From: an uncultured bacterium
GTDB lineage: Bacteria > Desulfobacterota > Deferrimicrobia > Deferrimicrobiales > Deferrimicrobiaceae
Assembly: GCA_963764045.1 (NCBI GenBank)
Contig: CAVXQW010000013.1
Coordinates: 40-64,039, forward strand
DNA: 64,000 nucleotides
Direction of reading: 5' to 3'
Below the pieces are notes generated by a model. That model did not search any database. It had not been told where the DNA came from and worked only from the letters and a program-made list of their open reading frames with translations. Below are positions 61,100 to 64,000 of this stretch, piece after piece. Each line of letters starts with the position of its first letter. Position 1 is the first letter of the stretch. The translations under genes and the position numbers were made by a program.

Positions 61100-61675
61100 T
61101 TACCGTCCAGCGACAAGGTTCAGCGTCAGGACGTTTACCCTTGGCTCCCCCAGGAACCCCAGGGTTCTCCCTTCCGTATGCGCTTCGACCATCGCCAGGA
61201 CCGCTTTCTCGCCGATGCCGCGGGCCTTGGCGACGCGAGCCGCCTGCAGCAGGGCGTTCCGGACGCTGATGTGGGGGTCCAGGCCGCTCGCCGAGGACGT
61301 TACCGCGTCGGCCGGCACGGGGGCATCGGGGGACAGGCCGTTTTCCGCCCGGTAGACGGCGATCCGATGTTTCACGTCCTCGATCAGTTTATTCGATGTG
61401 GGCCCCAGATTCGTGCCCCCGGAATTGGCCGCGTCGTACCCCTGCCCCGCGGCCGAGGGCCGGGGGTGGAAATAGGCCGGCCCGGAGAATCCTTGCGCGA
61501 TCAGCGTCGAACCCGACGACCTTCCCGTCGATGCGGACCAGGGAGCCGTTCGCCTTGTCGGAAAACAATCCCTGGCCGACGGCCCAAACGACCGCCGGAT
61601 AGATCCCCCGCACAGGACCGCCAGCAGCAGCGTGGCGACGACGGACGCCCGGAGCTCCGCGGCAAGGTTCTTCAT
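61100..61675 (-). pseudogene. kdpC: K+-transporting ATPase subunit KdpC, internal compensating frameshifts (about 61500-61620)
   Basis: [24 protein letters not shown].. and ..[48 protein letters not shown] are in ORF 61100-61675. The expected [23 protein letters not shown] segment is found only in the tail of ORF 61389-62858. Confidence 0.8.
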
Positions 61676-61687
61676 GGACCTTCCTCC

Positions 61688-63710
61688 TCACACAAGATGG
61701 AACAGGTTCACCGCGATGTCGATGATCTTGATCCCCGGGAAGGGGAGCAGCACGCCACCCAATCCGTAGAGGAGGAGGTTGCGTCGCAGGAGCGCTCCCG
61801 CGCTCAACGGCCGGAAGTGCACCCCGCGCAGGGCCAGGGGGATAAGGGCGACGATGATCAGGGCGTTGAAGATGACGGCGCTTAAGATTGCGCTCCGGGG
61901 CGAGGACAGCCCCATGATGTTCAGCGGCGCGATCACCGGGAACACGCCGATCAGCATGGCCGGGAGGATGGCGAAATATTTCGCCACGTCGTTGGCGATG
62001 CTGAAGGTGGTGAGCGCCCCGCGGGTCATGAGCATCTGCTTGCCGATCTCCACGATCTCGATGAGCTTCGTCGGGTTGGAGTCCAGATCCACCATGTTCC
62101 CCGCCTCCTTGGCGGCCTGGGTCCCGGTGTTCATCGCCACCCCCACGTCGGCCTGGGCCAGGGCGGGGGCGTCGTTGGTGCCGTCGCCCGTCATCGCGAC
62201 CAGGTGGCCGGCCGCCTGCTCCTTCCGGATCAGCGCCAGCTTGTCCTCCGGCCTCGCCTCGGCCAGGAAGTCGTCCACGCCCGCTTCCCGGGCGATCGCC
62301 TCGGCAGTGAGGGGGTTGTCGCCGGTGATCATCACCGTCCGGATCCCCATCGCCCGGAACCGCTCGAAGCGGTCCTTGAGCCCTCCCTTGACGATGTCCT
62401 TCAGGTGCACCCCCAGGACTCGCGGCGCTGTCCGCCACGACGAGGGGGGTCCCGCCCTGGAGGGAGAGCGGTCGATGCGTCCTCGACCTCCGATGGGAAA
62501 TCGCCGCCCGGTGAACTCCTGGATGGCGTCGGGCGCGCCTTTGCGGATCTGCCGCGCCTCCGAAATCCACGCCGCTCATCCGCGTCTGCGCCGAAAAGGC
62601 GATGAATCGCGCGTTGGGCATTTCCGAGAGGTCCTGCCCCGCAGACCGAACTGTTTCGCCAGAACGACGATGCTGCGGCCTTCCGGGCGTCTCGTCGGCA
62701 AGCGACGAGAGCTGGGCGGCATCCGCCAGTTCCTCTACGCGCACCCCCTCGGCCGGGAGAAACTCCGTCGCCTGCCGGTTGCCCAGCGTGATCGTCCCGG
62801 TCTTGTCGAGAAGAAGGACGTCCACGTCCCCCGCCGCCTCCACGGCCCGGCCGCTCATCGCCAGGACGTTCTTCTGGACGAGCCGGTCGATCCCGGCGAT
62901 CCCGATCGCGCTCAGAGAGCCCGCCGATCGTGGTGGGGATGAGGCAGACCAGAAGCGCGACGAGGACGGTTACGGAGAAGGAGACGCCCGAGTAGAGCCC
63001 GAAGAGCTTCAGGGTCATGGATGACGACGAGAAAGATGACCGTGAGCGCCGACAGCAGGATCGTCAGGGCGATCTCGTTCGGGGTCTTCTGGCGCTTCGC
63101 GCCTTCCACGAGGCGCGATCATCCGGTCCATGAAGCTCTCGCCGGGGTCGGCCGTGACCGCGACCTGGATCCGGTCCGAGAGGACGCGGGTTCCCCCCGT
63201 GACGGCGCTCCGGTCGCCGCCCGCCTCGCGGATCACCGGGGCGGATTCCCCCGTGATCGCGGATTCGTCCACCGTGGCCACCCCTTCGATCGACCTCCCC
63301 GTCGGCGGGGATGATCTCCCCGGCGCTCACGACCACGACATCTCCCTTGCGCAGACGCTCCGCGGGGACCTGCTCCGAGCGAGCCGTCCTGCCGAATCCG
63401 GTTGGCCGTGTCCGGGTGCGCGACTTGCGGAGGGCGTCGGCCTGGGCCTTGCCCCGTCCCTCCGCCATCGCCTCGGCGAAATTGGCGAAGAGCACCGTGA
63501 ACCAGAGCCAGACGGCCACCTGAAGGCCGAATCCCAGCGGCTCGTCCGGCGGGCGGAAGAGAAGGCCGACGGTGGTGAGAAAGGCGCCGACCTCGGTGAC
63601 GAACATCACCGGGTTTTTCATCAGCGACCGCGGGTTCAGCTTCGGAAACGACGCGGCGGCGGCCTGCCGGAGGATCCGGCGTCGAACAGGGAATGGGCTT
63701 TAACCGCCAT
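61688..63710 (-). pseudogene. kdpB: K+-transporting P-type ATPase subunit KdpB, at least six frameshifts
   Basis: Co-linear pieces: MKNPVMFVTEVGAFLTT.. (ORF 63064-63621), [30 protein letters not shown] (63015-63281), [11 protein letters not shown] (62912-63109), LIPTTIGGL (62401-63018), [14 protein letters not shown] (61389-62858), [32 protein letters not shown] (61688-62410). ATG at 63710. Confidence 0.9.
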
Positions 63711-63723
63711 GGAGGGTTCCTCT

Positions 63724-64000
63724 CTAGAAGACGACGTCGGGATGGTCATCATGAAATGTTCGACGATCGGCCCCAGGACAGCGCCGGGAAGAAGGTAAGC
63801 GCCCCGACGATCAGGACCGTGCCGACCAGAAGAAGAAAAAGGTCAGCCCGGAGACGGGAAAGCTTCCCCGCTTTCGGGGGGACGCTCTTCTTCTTCGCCA
63901 GGTTCCCGGCCAAGGCCAGGACGGGGACGATGAAGAAGAACCGGCCGATCGAGCATGGCGATCCCAAGCGTCGTGTTCATCCAGGGGGTGTTGGCGTTCA
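63724..64000 (-). pseudogene. kdpA: K+-transporting ATPase subunit KdpA, 3' end only (runs off the window), frameshifted
   Basis: ORF 63749-63967 has IGRFFFIVPVLALAGNLAKKKSVPP..FLLLVGTVLIVGALTFFPALS. The expected LGPIVEHFMM continuation is in another frame. The lower boundary is uncertain. Confidence 0.7.

Overview
This is a 64-kb, high-GC window with no rRNA, tRNA, CRISPR array or recognisable mobile element. It reads as two unrelated pieces. Positions 1 to about 6170 look alphaproteobacterial: MarC, SSB, a PE-Lig-Pol LigD, and a SorAB-like Mo-enzyme with a dihaem cytochrome c. This piece ends at a blunt junction (about 6158-6190) where a 5'-truncated sulfite-oxidase-family gene directly abuts a 3'-truncated DUF815 ATPase. 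The remaining ~58 kb looks like an anaerobe and holds five modules. (1) A tungsten/molybdopterin island at 12996-24411: aldehyde:ferredoxin oxidoreductase, MoaD-like, ThiF-like, ModE, TupBC-like ABC, MoeA, Zn-ADH, MOSC, MoaC, and divergent MoaA plus a radical-SAM/SPASM maturase. An AcoR-like sigma54 activator lies beside it. (2) An ~11-kb operon at 24443-35563: DUF1329, DUF1302, RND exporter, BNR/Ycf48-like protein, acyl-CoA synthetase and two family-III CoA-transferases. (3) A quinohemoprotein amine dehydrogenase (qhp) operon at 35868-44924. It has no QhpG flavin monooxygenase. Instead a UbiV-like/UbiU-like U32 Fe-S pair is embedded in the operon, and its QhpC lacks the canonical CTQ cysteine. 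I rank this the most interesting signal: a candidate O2-independent quinone-cofactor maturation route. (4) Housekeeping genes: Tim44-like, SRPBCC, Tat-AKR, DUF1499, DEAD-box helicase, pckA, a liv-type ABC operon, an ACT protein and BI-1. (5) A heavily frameshifted kdp operon whose KdpD-like gene has no kinase domain but carries a PTS-EIIA(Ntr) domain. About 20 genes have interrupted reading frames, and these are concentrated at both window ends. I cannot tell sequencing or assembly error from real decay using the sequence alone. All coordinates come from by-eye translation of the ORF track, and frameshift positions are approximate.
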